Origin: Scyliorhinus canicula
Taxonomy: Eukaryota
DNA: 64,000 nt
NCBI RefSeq assembly: GCF_902713615.1
Contig: NC_052147.1
Location: 113,859,359-113,923,358, forward strand
Direction of reading: 5' to 3'
Part shown: positions 1-12,779 of the stretch, piece after piece
How the letters are laid out: each line of letters begins with the position of its first letter
Numbering within the stretch: position 1 is the stretch's first letter
The notes under the pieces: generated by a model
Told to the model about the DNA's origin: nothing
Databases searched by the model: none
Seen by the model: the letters and a program-made list of their open reading frames with translations, nothing else
Made by a program: the position numbers and the translations under genes

Positions 1-321
1 AATGTTGAATTCAGCCTCCCATTAGTAGCCTCCCCATGTGGTACAATCCTGAATTGAATAGGGAACAAATCTGTGAGCCTCTGCCAATGCTGCCTTCTGA
101 GGCAAGGCTGGCAGTGCACTTCATCAACTGTGCCAAGTATTTCTTTTTTTAAAACATGTTTTTATTAAGGTATTTGAAAATTTTTATAATAATAATAATG
201 ACATAAACATGCAATAATAAACATTGCCACCCCCAGCCCAACCTTCACACATCCCAACCATAAAACAACAATCTGGCCCTCTGCTGCCCCTGCCCCTTGG
301 AATACTGCTTCTGCTGACATT

Positions 322-3300
322 TTAATTTTCCTCGAGAAAGTCGACGAACGTCTGCCACCTCCGGGTGAACCCGGCCATTGACCCTCTTAAGGCAAACTTT
401 ATCTTCTCAAGACTGAAAAACCCAGCCATGTCACTAACCCAGGTCTCTACACTCGGGTGCTTTGAGTCCCTCCACATTTGTGGGCAGCACGGTGGCATTG
501 TGGATAGCACAATTGCTTCACAGCTCCAGGGTCCCAGGTTCGATTCCAGCTTGGGTCACTGTCTGTGCGGAGTCTGCACATCCTCCCCTTGTCTGTGTGG
601 GTTTCCTCCGGATGCTCCGGTTTCCTCCCACAGTCCAAAGATGTGCAGGTTAGGTGGATTGGCCATGCTAAATTGCCCCTTAGTGTCCAAATTTGCCCTT
701 AGTGTTGGGTGGGGTTACTGGGTTATGGGGATAGGGTGGAGGTGTTGACCTTGGGTGGGGTGCTCTTTCCAAGAGCCGATGCAGACTCGATGGGCCGAAT
801 GGCTTCCTTCTGCACTGTAAATTCTATGATAAACCTCTATGAATAAGATCCATCTCCGGGCTATCAGGGAGGCAAAGGCCAAGGCGTCGGCCTCTTTCGC
901 CCCCTGAACTCCCGACTCTTCCGACACTCCAAAGATCGCTACCTCCGGACTCGGCACCACCCGTGTTTTTAGTACCGTGGGCATTGCCTTCGCAAAACTC
1001 TCCAAGCTTCAGGCATGCCCAAAACACATGGACATGATTTGCTGGGCTTCCTGCGCACCTCGCATACCTATTCTCCACGCCAAAAAACATGCTCATCCTA
1101 GCCACTGTCATGTGTGCCCGGTGGACTACCTTAAATTGTATCAGGCTAAGGCTGGCACATGATGAGGAGGCATTAACCCTGCTTGGGGCATCTGCCCATA
1201 GCCCCGCCTCTATCTCTCCTCCTAGCTCGTCCTCCCACTTGCCCTTAAGCTCCTACACTGGAGTTTCCTCCGGCTCCGAAAGCTCCTGGTAAATATCCAA
1301 TACCTTCCCCTCTCCCACCCAGGTACTGGAAACTACTCTATCCTGTATCGCCTGTGGTGGGAGCTGCGGAAAGGCCAGAACCTGCTTTCTCAGGAAGTCT
1401 CGCACCTGCAAATACCTAAACCCATTCCCTCCTGGCAATTCAAATTTATCCTCCAAGGCTTTCAAGCTGGGAAAACTCCCATCTATAAATAGATCCCCCA
1501 TCCTTCTCATTCCTGCCCTTTGCCACCTCCAGAACCCCCATCCAGCCTACTCGGTACAAACCGATGGTTATTATAAATCAAGGTCCAAACCGTTGCTACC
1601 TCCAACTGCGCTCCAGCAACATTTTCTTCACTCGCGGGGTTTTACTCACCCACACAAAGCCCAAAATAACCTCATTCACCAGCTTTAAAAAGGCCTTTGG
1701 GATGAAGATGGGGAGGCACTGAAAGACAAACCGAAATCTGGGGAGGACCATCATTTTCACGGCCTGTACCCTCCCCGCCACTGATAGCGGGAGCATGTCC
1801 CATCTCTTAACGTCCCCTTCCATTTGTTCTTCCAGCCGGGATAGGTTTAGCTTGTGCAGTGCCTCCCTTTCCCGTTCCACCTGGATTTCCAGATACCGAG
1901 AGCACTTTCCTACCATTCTAAGCGGCAGCTCTCCCAGTCTCTTCTCCTGTCCTCTTGACTGGATCGCGAACATTTCGCTTTTCCCCATGTTCAACATGCA
2001 CCCCAAAAAATTGGGAAACTCCCCCAGGATTCGCATTACTTACCCCATCCCCTCCAATGGGTCTGAAATATACAAGAGCAGGTCATCTACGTAAAGCGAG
2101 ACTCGGTGCTCCACTCCCCCCCGAACCAGCCCTTTCCAGTTCCTAGAGGTGCTTAATGCCATGGCCAGTGGCTCTATGGCCAGAGCAAATGGGGAGATGG
2201 AGGCACCCTTGCCTCGTCCCTCGGTGCAGTTTAAAATGCCCCGACTTCAGCCGGTTCGTATGCACACTCGCTACTGGTGCCTGATAGAGCAACTGCACCC
2301 AGTCAATAAAGCCCTCACCAAACCCAAACCTTCCCAGCGCCTCCCAAAAGTAATCCCACTCCACCCGATCAAAAACTTTCTCCGCATCCATCACTACCAC
2401 CACCTCCATCTCCCCACCTTCTGAGGGCATCATAATAGCGTTCAAAAGCCTTCGAACATTGGCCTTGAGTTCCCTGCCCTTTACAAACCCAGTCTGGTCT
2501 TCCCCTCTCACCCCCGGGACACAGTCCTCTATCCTTGTGGCCAGCATCTTAGCCAGCAGTTTGGCGTCCATATTCAGTAGAGAAATGGGCCTATATGACC
2601 CGCATTGCTTCTCCCGTTTTAAGATCAATGAAATCGAGGCCTGTGACATTGTTGTGGGGAGGACTCCCTTCTCTCTTGCTTCATTAAATATCCCTCACCA
2701 ATAGTGGGCTCAATATCTCTGAAAACTTCTCATAGAATTCCACCGGATAGTGTCAGGCCCCGGGGCCTTGCCCGACTGCATGCCCTCCAACCCCTCGATT
2801 ATTTCCTCAATTTCAATTGGGGCTCCCAGCCCTTCCACCAGATCCTCGGAAACCTCAACTGATCCAAAAACTGCCTCATCCCCTCCACCCCAGCCGGGGG
2901 TTCTGACTCATATAGTTTACTATAAAAGTCCTTAAACACCTCATTCACCCCCACTGTGTCCAGGACAGTATTCCCGCCTCTCCTCTTTACTTTACCTATC
3001 TCCCTGGCCGCCTCCCTTTTCCTGAGCTGGTGCGCTAACATTCTGCTTGCCTTTTCCCCGTACTCATAAATCGCCCCCCTTGCCTTCCTCAGCTGTTCCA
3101 CCGCTTTCCCTGTGGTCAACAGCCCAAACTCCACCTGTAACCGCCGCCGCTTCCTCAGTAGCCCCCCGTCCGGGGCCTCCGAGTATCTCCTGTCCACCTG
3201 GAGTATCTCCTCAAGTAACCTATCCCTCTCAGCCCCTTCCGCATTTTCTCTGTGGGCCCGTATCGAGATTAATTCCCCTCTGACCACTGCCTTCAAAGCT

Positions 3301-3690
3301 TCCCAAACCGTCGCTGCAGAGACCTTCCCCGTATCATTTATTTCCAGGTAATTCTGGATGGACTTGTTAACCCGCCCACAAATTGCTTTATCCGCTAGCA
3401 ACCCCACATCCAGTCTCCACAGAGGGCGTTGCCCTCTCTCCACACTAACCCGCAGATACACCCAATGTGGGGCATGATCCGACACTGCAATTCACCCCTT
3501 TCTCAATCTTGTCTGGTCTGTAACCTTTAGGTGTGTCTCCTGTAGTATTGCCACGTCTGCCTTCAGCCCCCTCAAATGCGCAAACCCGCGAGCCCTCTTG
3601 ATCGGCCCATTCAACCCTCTAACGTTCCATGTAATCAGCGTGATTGGGGGGCTTCCCCCCCACCCCCTCCCCGCCGACTAACCATCACCC
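322..3690 (-). pseudogene. L1 ORF2 (APE endonuclease, RT, Cys-rich C-terminus), frameshifted
   Basis: Fragments TWNVRGLN/QETHL, SDHAPHW, YRPISLLN..DAKLLAK, DAEKVFDRVEW, RGTRQGC, YVDDLLLY, C-terminal ANHVHVFWAC; endonuclease core deleted near 3490. Confidence 0.92.
482..841 (+). mobile_element. HE1-type V-SINE inserted in L1 ORF2
   Basis: tRNA-like head (GGGCAGCACGGTGGC...GGTTCGATTCC), central domain GTGGGTTTCCTCCGG..CCCACAGTCCAAAGATGTGCAGGTTAGG, CR1-like tail GGGCCGAATGGC..TTCTATG; L1 sequence resumes on both sides. Confidence 0.92.
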
Positions 3691-4256
3691 ATTTTAGGCC
3701 AGCCTCTGGCTCGCGCCCTCCGCCTCCTCGAGCCCCTCCTCGGGCATTCGCAGTTCCCGACCTCCTATTTGTCCCCCAGTAACAGTTCCTCCCCTGTTAG
3801 CAAAGCAGCTCCCCACTCCCCCCCCCCCCCCAGCAACAACAATAGAAACCCAATCCCCAAGTCAAGCTCAAGCTTAACACCTGCTCGCCCCCCACTGTGC
3901 TTCTGTGAGTCAGCTGACCCATGCTGACTTGGTAGCTCCTGCCCCTGGCACCAAGCAGCCTGTCTCCCGATTGTTCTCTCCCCTCTTCCCCCTACTTGAA
4001 CAAACATATTAAAAGCATCACATTCCCCAGTAAACAAACATCAGTAAAAACAGTAAAGAAACAGCCAGTTGAGCAAAAAAAACCACCCAAAAACAGAACC
4101 AGCCCCAAAGACCACCCCCCCTCTAACCAGCTCCCTGCAAGCCAAAGTTACCTTCAGCCATCCAAACAGACCCTTATTACACATAACACTGCTTATACTT
4201 ATACAGCCCAGCACAACAAATCGTCACCACAGTAGTCTCCAAGGCTACAGTGTCTT

Positions 4257-5103
4257 TTAGTTCGCCTCCAGCCTCTTTTCTTTAATAAAAGTCCATACTT
4301 TGTCTGGTGTTTCGAAGTAAAAGCCCCGTTCCCCATGTGTGACACACAGACGGGTTGGGTACAGCATCCCTAACTTCACCCCCTTCTTAAAGAGGGCCAT
4401 TTTTGCTTGATTAAGCCCAGCTCGCCTCTTGGCCAAATCTGCGCCCAGGTCCTGATAAATGCGCAGCTCGCAATTCTCCCATTTCCTTCTTGGCCCACCA
4501 CAGAATTTTTCCTTGTCCAGGAATCAGAGAAAGCGCACCACCATCGCCCTCAGTGGCTCATTCGCTCGGGGCTTCTTCGCGAGGGCTCTGTGCGCTGTAT
4601 CCACTTCCAGGGGCCGAGGGAACACCTCAGCCCCCATCAACATCTCCAGCATGTCCGTCACATAAACTCTCGCATCCGATTCCTCATTGCCTTCAGGGAG
4701 GTCGACAATTCTAAGGTTCTGCCTCCTGGACCTGTTTTCCAGGTCCTCCAGCTTCTCCTGCTTTCTTCTCTGCTGATCGCTCATCATCTCCACCTTGGTC
4801 TTCAGCACAGTTATGTATTCCTCGTGCTTGGACACCTTGTTCTCCACCTCCTGGATCGCTCTTCCGTGGGTCTCTTGATTCTGCTCAACTTGATCAATCG
4901 AAGCCTTAATGGGATCCAGCGTGTCCTTCTTCAGCTTGGCGAAGCAATCTTCGAAAAACTTTACTAGCTGCTCCGTCAACCACTGTGCTGTCTCCCCGCA
5001 GCCTTTGCACTCCACCCATGCTTTTCTGCGTTACCGACTCTGCCTGCGTCTTCCTTATCGGACTTTGTCTTCTCACACAGCCACTTCTGGTCCAATTCTC
5101 CAT
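4257..5103 (-). pseudogene. L1 ORF1 (coiled coil + RRM), frameshifted
   Basis: LEDLENRSRRQNLRIVDLPEG and LEVDTAHRAL motifs in ORF 4524-5015. Confidence 0.9.
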
Positions 5104-6658
5104 ACACCGGAGGGGGATTTCTCCTCACTGTCTCATTCTTCACTCATTTATCCCAGAAAATCCGGATAAAACCAGGGGAAAAATGTTCAAAAGTCTGCCA
5201 CAGGTGGGAGCTTTCAAATGTGCAACCAATCCTCCATGGCCGCCACCAGAAGTCCGTGCCAAATATTTCTGTTGGTACAGCCAAGATTGGGTTATGAAAT
5301 CTGTGGTTTGTGGAAACAGTGGAGGCGCATGTACCAGCAGTTGTCTACATTGTTGAATGTTTGTTGGGTTCACTAACTCTGGTCTCGAAGCTTGCTTTTA
5401 TAAGATAGCCCCAACTGAAAAAGAAACTCTTGACTTTGGGTTGCTGGACATTGGCTGTGACCTCGGGTTGCTAGGGAAACAGAAGCTGATGGAAACCGGA
5501 CAGAAGCCAGCTATGAAATTATTTCAGCAGCGCAGTTCAATGCTGGCAGGCTGTGAAGTGGAGAGGTGGTGGCAGCTGGAATAGAAGGTCGAGACAGCTG
5601 AATCCAGAAGCAGAGCTGAAAGGGATTTCAAAAAGTGTGCCTTTTGGTGCATGGAGCTCAGCTGGAATACAACTGCTGTCGAAGGGGAATGGGGATAAAT
5701 ACTGCATGAAGAGAAGGAGCTGGAATTTGGCCTGAGGAAGACAGAGTTTTGAAGGCCTTTGTGGCTGAGGTAGATTCCATGTAAGCTGAATAAATCATGT
5801 CCGAGATCTGTAAGATCCATCTTTGTTATATGAACTATTTAAAGTGTGTGTCATTTGCAGTTTATATTGGCTACAACATGCCTGTTAATTCATGTTTAAT
5901 TTGTATTGATTTTGGTTTGACAAAATAAAAGTTATAAAAAGTCCAATCTTGCCAATCGATTATTTTTTTTTCATTGGAGCTGTTCAGTGAAACTGTTCTT
6001 CAGTTTGTTGTTCTCCATGGGGATCAGACCAACCGATGCCACGTTAACTGGTTACTATGGTGATTATGCTGGTTGAATGTTGAAAGCAGCACCATTCTCA
6101 CATACATGAATACTGCTCACAACTTGGTCTAATTGACAATATTGTGTGGATTATGTAAGGCTAATCTTGCCTACAGGCCAGCTAACAACTGTATGGCATT
6201 CATTCAGATCTCTAACATGTTTGCCTGAGACTTAAAATGTCCGATTGTGTATTGACTGAAACCGGTCCTTGAAATCCTTCTAAATGCGGTACAATGTGCA
6301 TAGGGATAGCATAGTAAATGCAGCTGTTTGAGCTAAGACCAACACCAAATTATATTTAAATAGTGCCGCTAACGTGATGTAAAATCCCAAGGAGCTTCAG
6401 CAGTGCATTAGAAAGCAATTTTGATTATTTCTTCCAATATTTAATTGGGGGGAATTTATGCTTATCCAGTACTTGATGTCAGCTGAATAGTTTGATAATT
6501 TAGCCACAGTGGATGAGTTGAGAGCGGTGGTGGTGGTGACGTGAAAACTAATTTCTTCAGATAGTTTTGCCAGGGAGAAGCATGTAGTTAAGAAATAGGT
6601 GGGTGGGGGGGGGGGGGGGGGGAGGAGGATAGATCTCTTGGGGACACAAGAGGTAACA

Positions 6659-7297
6659 TCGTGTTAATGGTAGCATTAAGGACCTGCTTTAGTCCTTACT
6701 GCTGTCATTAACACTCACTTTGCCTTGTGTACATGACATCGGGTGGCACGGTGGAACAGTGGTTAGCACTGCTGCCTCACGACTCCAGGGACTCGGGTTC
6801 AATTCCGGCCTCAGGTGACTCTCTGTGAGGAGTTTGCACTTTCTCCCCGTGTCTGCGTGGGTTTCCTCCGGGTGCTTGGGTTTTCTCCCACAGCCCAAAG
6901 ATGGGCAGGTTAGGTGGATTGGCCATGATCAATTGCCCGTTAGCGTCCAAAAGGTTAGGTGGGGTTACTGAGTTATGGTAATAGGGTGGAGGCGTGGACT
7001 TAAGTAAGGTGCTCTTTCCAAGGGCCGGTGCAGACTTGATGGGTCGAATGGCCTCCTTCTGCATTTTAAATTCTATGATTCCGTAACATCATAGCAAGCT
7101 TCACCTTAGTTCTGACCTAATCCAGATCTTATATTCTTCTCCACGTCCCCCCCAACCCCCACCATGATAAAGTGCATCACATTTCTAACTCCTTTCAGCC
7201 CTGAAGAAGTCATATGGACTCGAAACATTAACTCTGTTTCTCACTCCACAGATGCTATCAGATTTTCTGAGCTCACCCAGCATTTTCTGTTTTTATG
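6659..7297 (+). mobile_element. Penelope-like element terminal fragment with nested SINE
   Basis: Flanked by CAAGAGG(T/C)AACA at 6647-6658 and 7298-7309; ends in CTGAAGA..GAAAC..TCCACAGATGCT..CAGCATTTTCTGTTTTTAT, a terminal sequence I associate with shark Penelope elements. Confidence 0.6.
6741..7080 (+). mobile_element. HE1-type V-SINE
   Basis: Same head, central domain and CR1-type tail as 482-841. Confidence 0.9.
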
Positions 7298-8065
7298 CAA
7301 GAGGCAACAATGCATGAGCGGGAAGGGCACCCATTGAAAATGATTCTGTGGCTCCAATTAGATATTTAAGAATAGAACCAGATGATCCCTGGAGGACAGT
7401 GGAGAGGTATTGGAGGAGGATGGAGTGGCCAACCATGTTAAAGACTGCAGACAGGTTGAGAAAGATGAGGAGGGAATGTTTACCTTTGTCACAATCACAT
7501 CGGGTCCCATTTGTGATGTTGATGAGAGCTGCTTCGGTAGAGTGGCAAGGATGGAAACCTGATGGGTACCATTCAAATATGGATTTCTGGGAAAGATGGG
7601 AACTGATTTGGGAGGCGACATGTTCAAGGGCGATGGAAAGAAAAGGGAACTTGGAGCTGGGACAGTAGTTTACAAGTGTGGTGCAGTCAAGGATTGTTTT
7701 TTTCAGGAGAGGAGAGTTACAGTGAAAGCTACTTGAACGTTGAATTGTTCAGTAATCTGTGATCACTTGCCATGACTAAATTGTTTGTTCTATCCACAGT
7801 GATAGGCAGCTGACTCCTTTGCCTTGATTCCTGCTTAGATGTCGAGGCACTTTGCCTCATTGTCTGAGCATTCTGCCTCACTCATTACCTGAATGCTATG
7901 GCTCACTGTCTCCTAACCTTGTCTGTCTCCCATCATTCTTCCCCTGGTTCACTGACTAGCTCTTGCTATTGTGATCAATGAGAAAACCATTATTACAGTT
8001 AGGGAGTTGCAGGGATGCTTCTTCTACCAACCTTCTCCATTGTTTTGTCTGAATTTTCCCTCCAA

Positions 8066-8505
8066 AATGTGGACGTCGCTGGCTGGGTCAGCATTTATTA
8101 CATTTTCTTGAACCGCTGCAGTCCATGTGGTTGAAGTACACCCACTGTTAGAAAGGAAGTTCCAGGAGTTTGACCCTGCAAGAGTGAAAGAACGGCGATA
8201 TAGTTCCATATCAAAGTGGTGTGTGGCTTGGAGGGGAAATTTCAGGTGGTGGTGTATCGATATATCTGCTGCCCTTGTTCCTCTGGTGGTAGAAGTCAGG
8301 GGTCTGGAAGGTGCTGTCGAAGGAGTCTTGGTGAGTTGCAGATACTGCTGCCACTGTGCGCCAGTGGTGGAGGGAACAAAAGGTGTCAATCAAATGAAGC
8401 TGCTTGTCCTAGATGGTGTTGAGCTTGTGTGTTGTTGGAGCTGCATTCATCAAGGCAAGTGGAGAATATCCCATCACACTCCTGATTTGTGCCTTGTAGA
8501 TGGCA
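8066..8505 (-). mobile_element. 3' fragment of an old CR1/L2-group LINE
   Basis: Minus strand RRSFTLAGSNSWNFL-type C-terminal motif; homologous piece recurs at about 32232-32350. Confidence 0.55.
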
Positions 8506-11500
8506 GACTTCGATATATCATTTTCACAAATTGAGAATATCCCAGATTATTTTACAGTCAGTGAAGTACTTTTGATGTGGAGTCACTGTTATGATATCAG
8601 GTAATGATTTGCACACCAGTGTACAGAAACAAACAGTGCATTTTATAATGATGTCATAAAAGATGAATGGGAACCAGCGAAATGTGGCAAATTAGTCCTG
8701 CATATGCATCTCATTGCTTTATTCTGTGTAAAATTGACATTTTGGTTGTACACTTGGTTTTCGGAATTTAAAGATGTCAATTGTATTCCCATGCAGCATT
8801 AATAATGGAACCCTTCAAGCAGAACAATATGTCATCGGTGTTATTAAGAAGCCTGCGCAAATTGTTATGAGCGTATTTCAGTGTAATTAGTTCGGTTGTC
8901 GGTGAGATTTGCCTCGACTATGCCTTGTGGTTGCTGCAAATTAGAATCTATCCAGTGTTGACAAAATGTTACCCTTGGAGCAACAGGAAGGCCCAGGAGA
9001 TGAGAAATAGACAAAAATAGCAGAGGGCAAACATCCTTAAGGTGCATGGATAATTAAGTTTGTCAAATGTGTCAAATTAAGACAGAATACATGATGATAT
9101 AAAGCACAAATAAGAGCGTTTCGCTTTGAAAGGTGAGCTGAGCATGACTGCTGAAAATTGAGCTGTGGGGCCAGTCGAAACCACTTATCAGAAAAACAGA
9201 CTAAATAATGCCACCGTGACTTTGTCACTCATGAGGTATGGGCTTGTCATGCATTAATCTGATTATCACACTACCTGCCTGAGCATAAATTAGATTAGTG
9301 CTGGGATTAGAGTTCAAAACAATTAGTTTGTTGCTTAACTAGAAGCAGTCCTGTGTTTCCTTCCTCCTCCCATAAGCCCAATGTAGGGCCAGGAAATGCA
9401 GACAGGTCAAAGTCCTGATCTGAATTATACTGTGTTTGGATGATCTCTGTTGGGTTGAAGTGGGCTGTGACAAACGGCATCAGTCACCTGGGCTACAAGG
9501 GTGGAAACTAGGCAAGGATCTGACCCTGTGGGGTGACCACACTAGAAAGTGTGCAAATGGACACAGATAAGGACAGGGTTGAGTTTGGTTTGTGACGTGC
9601 GTATATCATGGTATTGAAAGTTGACCAACATTCCCCCTACAGGTTAACTAACACATGAATGATGTCCCTTATGAGGGAAATGTTATAGGACCTCTGGTGC
9701 TTATAGAACTGTACACAGAGGCACCCTTGAGAGAAGGGAGAGCAACAAATCTCTTTCGTTGGAGGTCAGCAACACTTATGCCTGACGGCTGAAGGACCCT
9801 TCTTTGCACCTCTGCATTCACAGGCCTATATAGACATTACTATTTATTAATACATTTTGTAACACTCTCCTCCATTCCCAACCACTTAAAAAAACACATT
9901 CAATGTCCATTTATGATAACTTTGCTGTCTCCTGTTCTGTAATCCCTGTGAAATATTGCTTTTATTACACACAGATTTTCTAGGTCAATGTGATAAAAAC
10001 ACCTAAAGCTTGCAGATGAGAGCTTCCAGGCTTGTAAAATTAAGATTTCACTTTGCCGAACCCCCAAGCAAGCAATTCTAATGCTTCTGACATCCGTTAG
10101 ATTACAGTTTCTGACTCCCTGCTGGAGTATTTATGTTACCAGATTTGTTTCTGAGGCCATGAGTATATTTTTGATTCTTCACAAATAAATGTTCACCACT
10201 GATTTGAACCTGTTTTTCCCCATCTATCTAGTTCAGTGGGATGATATGCAAGTGCAGTTCTGATACTCCTATCTTTTGGGCAGGGCCCGACTGGCAGGCT
10301 AGACAGTTTCTTGACACACAGATTCAGATTAAAGCATTGACCTAGTTTGTTCTAGAGTCTAAAGGCTTCTATTGTGTTGGAAAATATCTGGGTGGGGTGT
10401 GGGGGGGGGGGGGGTTAAGTATTTCCTTTACTGGTGGTCCCTTTGAAATTGTTCCCATTCCTTGTGTAATATTGTCGCTGCTGGCTTGTCTTAACTCCCA
10501 TATTGACCTACTTTTTCACTGGTGGGAAATGGGAGTTAATTCGACATCGCTCGCTTAATTTTAGGTATGGTTTCTAGGGAGGGTTGTGCTTTAAACGGAA
10601 AGTGGGCAGACGTGTGCAGCTATTGGTGAGAAATGAGCTAGTTTACCCCCTTGGGGTTCCGACTCTTTGGTGAAAAGGTCCTCACTTTATCCCTGTTTCG
10701 TCTTGACAGAGTTTATTACATAACACGTGTTTCCTCGCATGTTTATTTTGTACCTGTAGATTGAAGTGCAGTGATAGTCGGGAGTAAAGAGGTGTCATAT
10801 CTTTCAGAATCCATTCATCCAACAAATGATATCTTAAAACCTCCTCACCTTATCCCTATATGAGAATTGGGTTAGTGTAAATATTACTTTGCTGGAACTT
10901 TCTGAGCTTAATAATTGGATGACCATTATCATAATGACTGAGCAGGATGTAGACCGTTCTATTTGATCAGAGGAGCAGATGAGAAGTTTGCTCATTGAAC
11001 CAATAAATTATTGTAAGCAAACCAATGTCAGGTATCCTTAGCTGTGACAAAAACATAGGAATATATATTTAAAATAAGCGGCATAATTTGTTGTAGGAAT
11101 GAATCAAATGACATTTGCAATAAGGTAGACTTGCCCTCGCATGTTTTAAGTTGTTACCCTATTTGCTCAACAAAGCCACAAAAGGTTGCAGCACCTGAGA
11201 CCCAAGTGAACGAGGCAAGCAACTGCATAACAATGTAATCAGATTGAAGGGTTGATAAATAAACTATAGCAGGGACTGAAAAGTAAGTGTAAAATAAAGT
11301 GGGATAAAGTCAATGTCATACGTGGGATGGAATGAGAAATAGGAAGAGATAACTTGATTCAATCGAGAGAAAGATGAAACGGAACAGATAACAAATCCTT
11401 TAATTTTAATTTTGTAATTCTCAAATCTGCACCTACAATTAAAACCTGAAGGAATGAGACCTCACACTTTCACAAGGATTCTTGGTTATTCTCTGACAAT

Positions 11501-12435
11501 GCTGGAATACTGGAGCCTGACAATACTTGAGTTTGGCACTTAACAAGCAGATACTGTTTTGTTATGTAGTTAGTGCAATTATTTTTTTGAGGTAATTATA
11601 AATTCTTATGCGGGACTGTGCAAATTATGCTTCTGAGCAAAGGTTTGGAGGATGATCGCTCATTTGCTTTATCTCTTTTTATCTCTTTCTCTCTCTCTCC
11701 CCCCCCCCCCTCCCCATTCCCCGCCGTCTTAAAGCCTTAGACTATAACATTTAACATTTAAAATTCTAGGGCCTTATTCCAGAATTTTATTACGGCTAGT
11801 AGAGTTTGCAACAATAATGACATGCACAATGTTGTTTCAATTAAACACTTGAAAGGACTCGTGTCTCTCTAATGCTGTATTCCAAATACGTTGGAAGTAG
11901 CATTTTTATTTTAGCGATGTTGTAGTGATTAACTGACATTCAATAACAGTGGCAAAATTGAACAAATGTGCTCAATAAAAGGCTACCCTTTTAAATTGAT
12001 GGGAATCCCAGTTTAAGGTTGAACTAAATCGATTGTTAACAACCTGGCGGAGAGAGGTGGACCCAGTGAGTTAAAACAGCGGGAGAAGGGAGAGCAGGTT
12101 CAGAATGAGAAGCAGCGAGTCGGACAGGGAAAGGGAAAGCAGCTTCAGAGCAAGAAACAGTGTGGAGAGAGAAGGTTTACCAACGGGGTGCAGCTTCGTG
12201 ACAAAGACGATGGTTATCAGAAAGTAAAAGGAAGGGACATAACACGCGAACATCGCATTGCACCGAGGAATCATGCAAGAGTGGGGGAATTTGACAATAG
12301 AGCAAACATAAAGCTTTTGTATCTGAATGCACGAAGCATTCTGAATAAAATTAATGAATTAACAGTGCAAATAGACAAAGGGGTAGGATTTGATGGCAAT
12401 TACTGAGACAATTACTGCGACATGACATAGACTAA

Positions 12436-12765
12436 GGTAGCACAGTAGCACAAGAGGCGAGCACTGTGGCTTCACAGCGCCAGGGTCCCAGGTTCAATTC
12501 CCCGCTGGGTCACTGTCTGTGCGGATTCTACATGTTCTCCCCATGTCTGCGTGGATTTCCTCCAGGTGCTCCGGTTTCCTCCCGCAGTCCAAAGACGTGC
12601 AGGTTAGGTGGATTGGCCATGCTAAATTGCCCTTAGTGTCCAAAAAAGGTTAGGAAGGGTTCTTGGGTTATGGGAACAGGGTGGAAGTGAGGGCTTAAGT
12701 GGGTCGGTACAGACTTGATGGGCCGAATGGCCTCCTTCTGCGCTGTATTTTCTATGTTTTATGGT
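12436..12765 (+). mobile_element. HE1-type V-SINE
   Basis: Head, central domain and TTCTATG tail. Confidence 0.9.
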
Positions 12766-12779
12766 TGTAAGGAGATCAG

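Larger units (their letters stand above)
145..5255 (-). mobile_element. Decayed L1 (LINE-1 clade) with intact 5' end, internal deletions and TSD
   Basis: 5' end GGACTTCTGGTGGCGGCCATGG at 5255; ORF1 and ORF2 remnants; A-rich tail; 15-bp TSD GTGCCAA(G/A)TATTTCT at 130-144 and 5256-5270. Confidence 0.93.
6430..7720 (-). mobile_element. Old L2-clade LINE RT fragment, interrupted at 6659-7297
   Basis: Minus strand reads SGFHPCHSTEAAL..LLIFLNLSAVFNMVGH (QSGFR.HSTETAL..LDLSAAFDTVDH-like) and a decayed GVPQGSIL-like segment near 6630-6657. Confidence 0.75.

Noticed and set aside
482-560. tRNA-like A and B boxes here and at many other sites
   Set aside because: SINE heads, not tRNA genes; each continues into SINE body sequence.
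5290-6035. Possible old solo LTR (similar texture at 42000-42550)
   Set aside because: Could not find TG...CA ends or a TSD.
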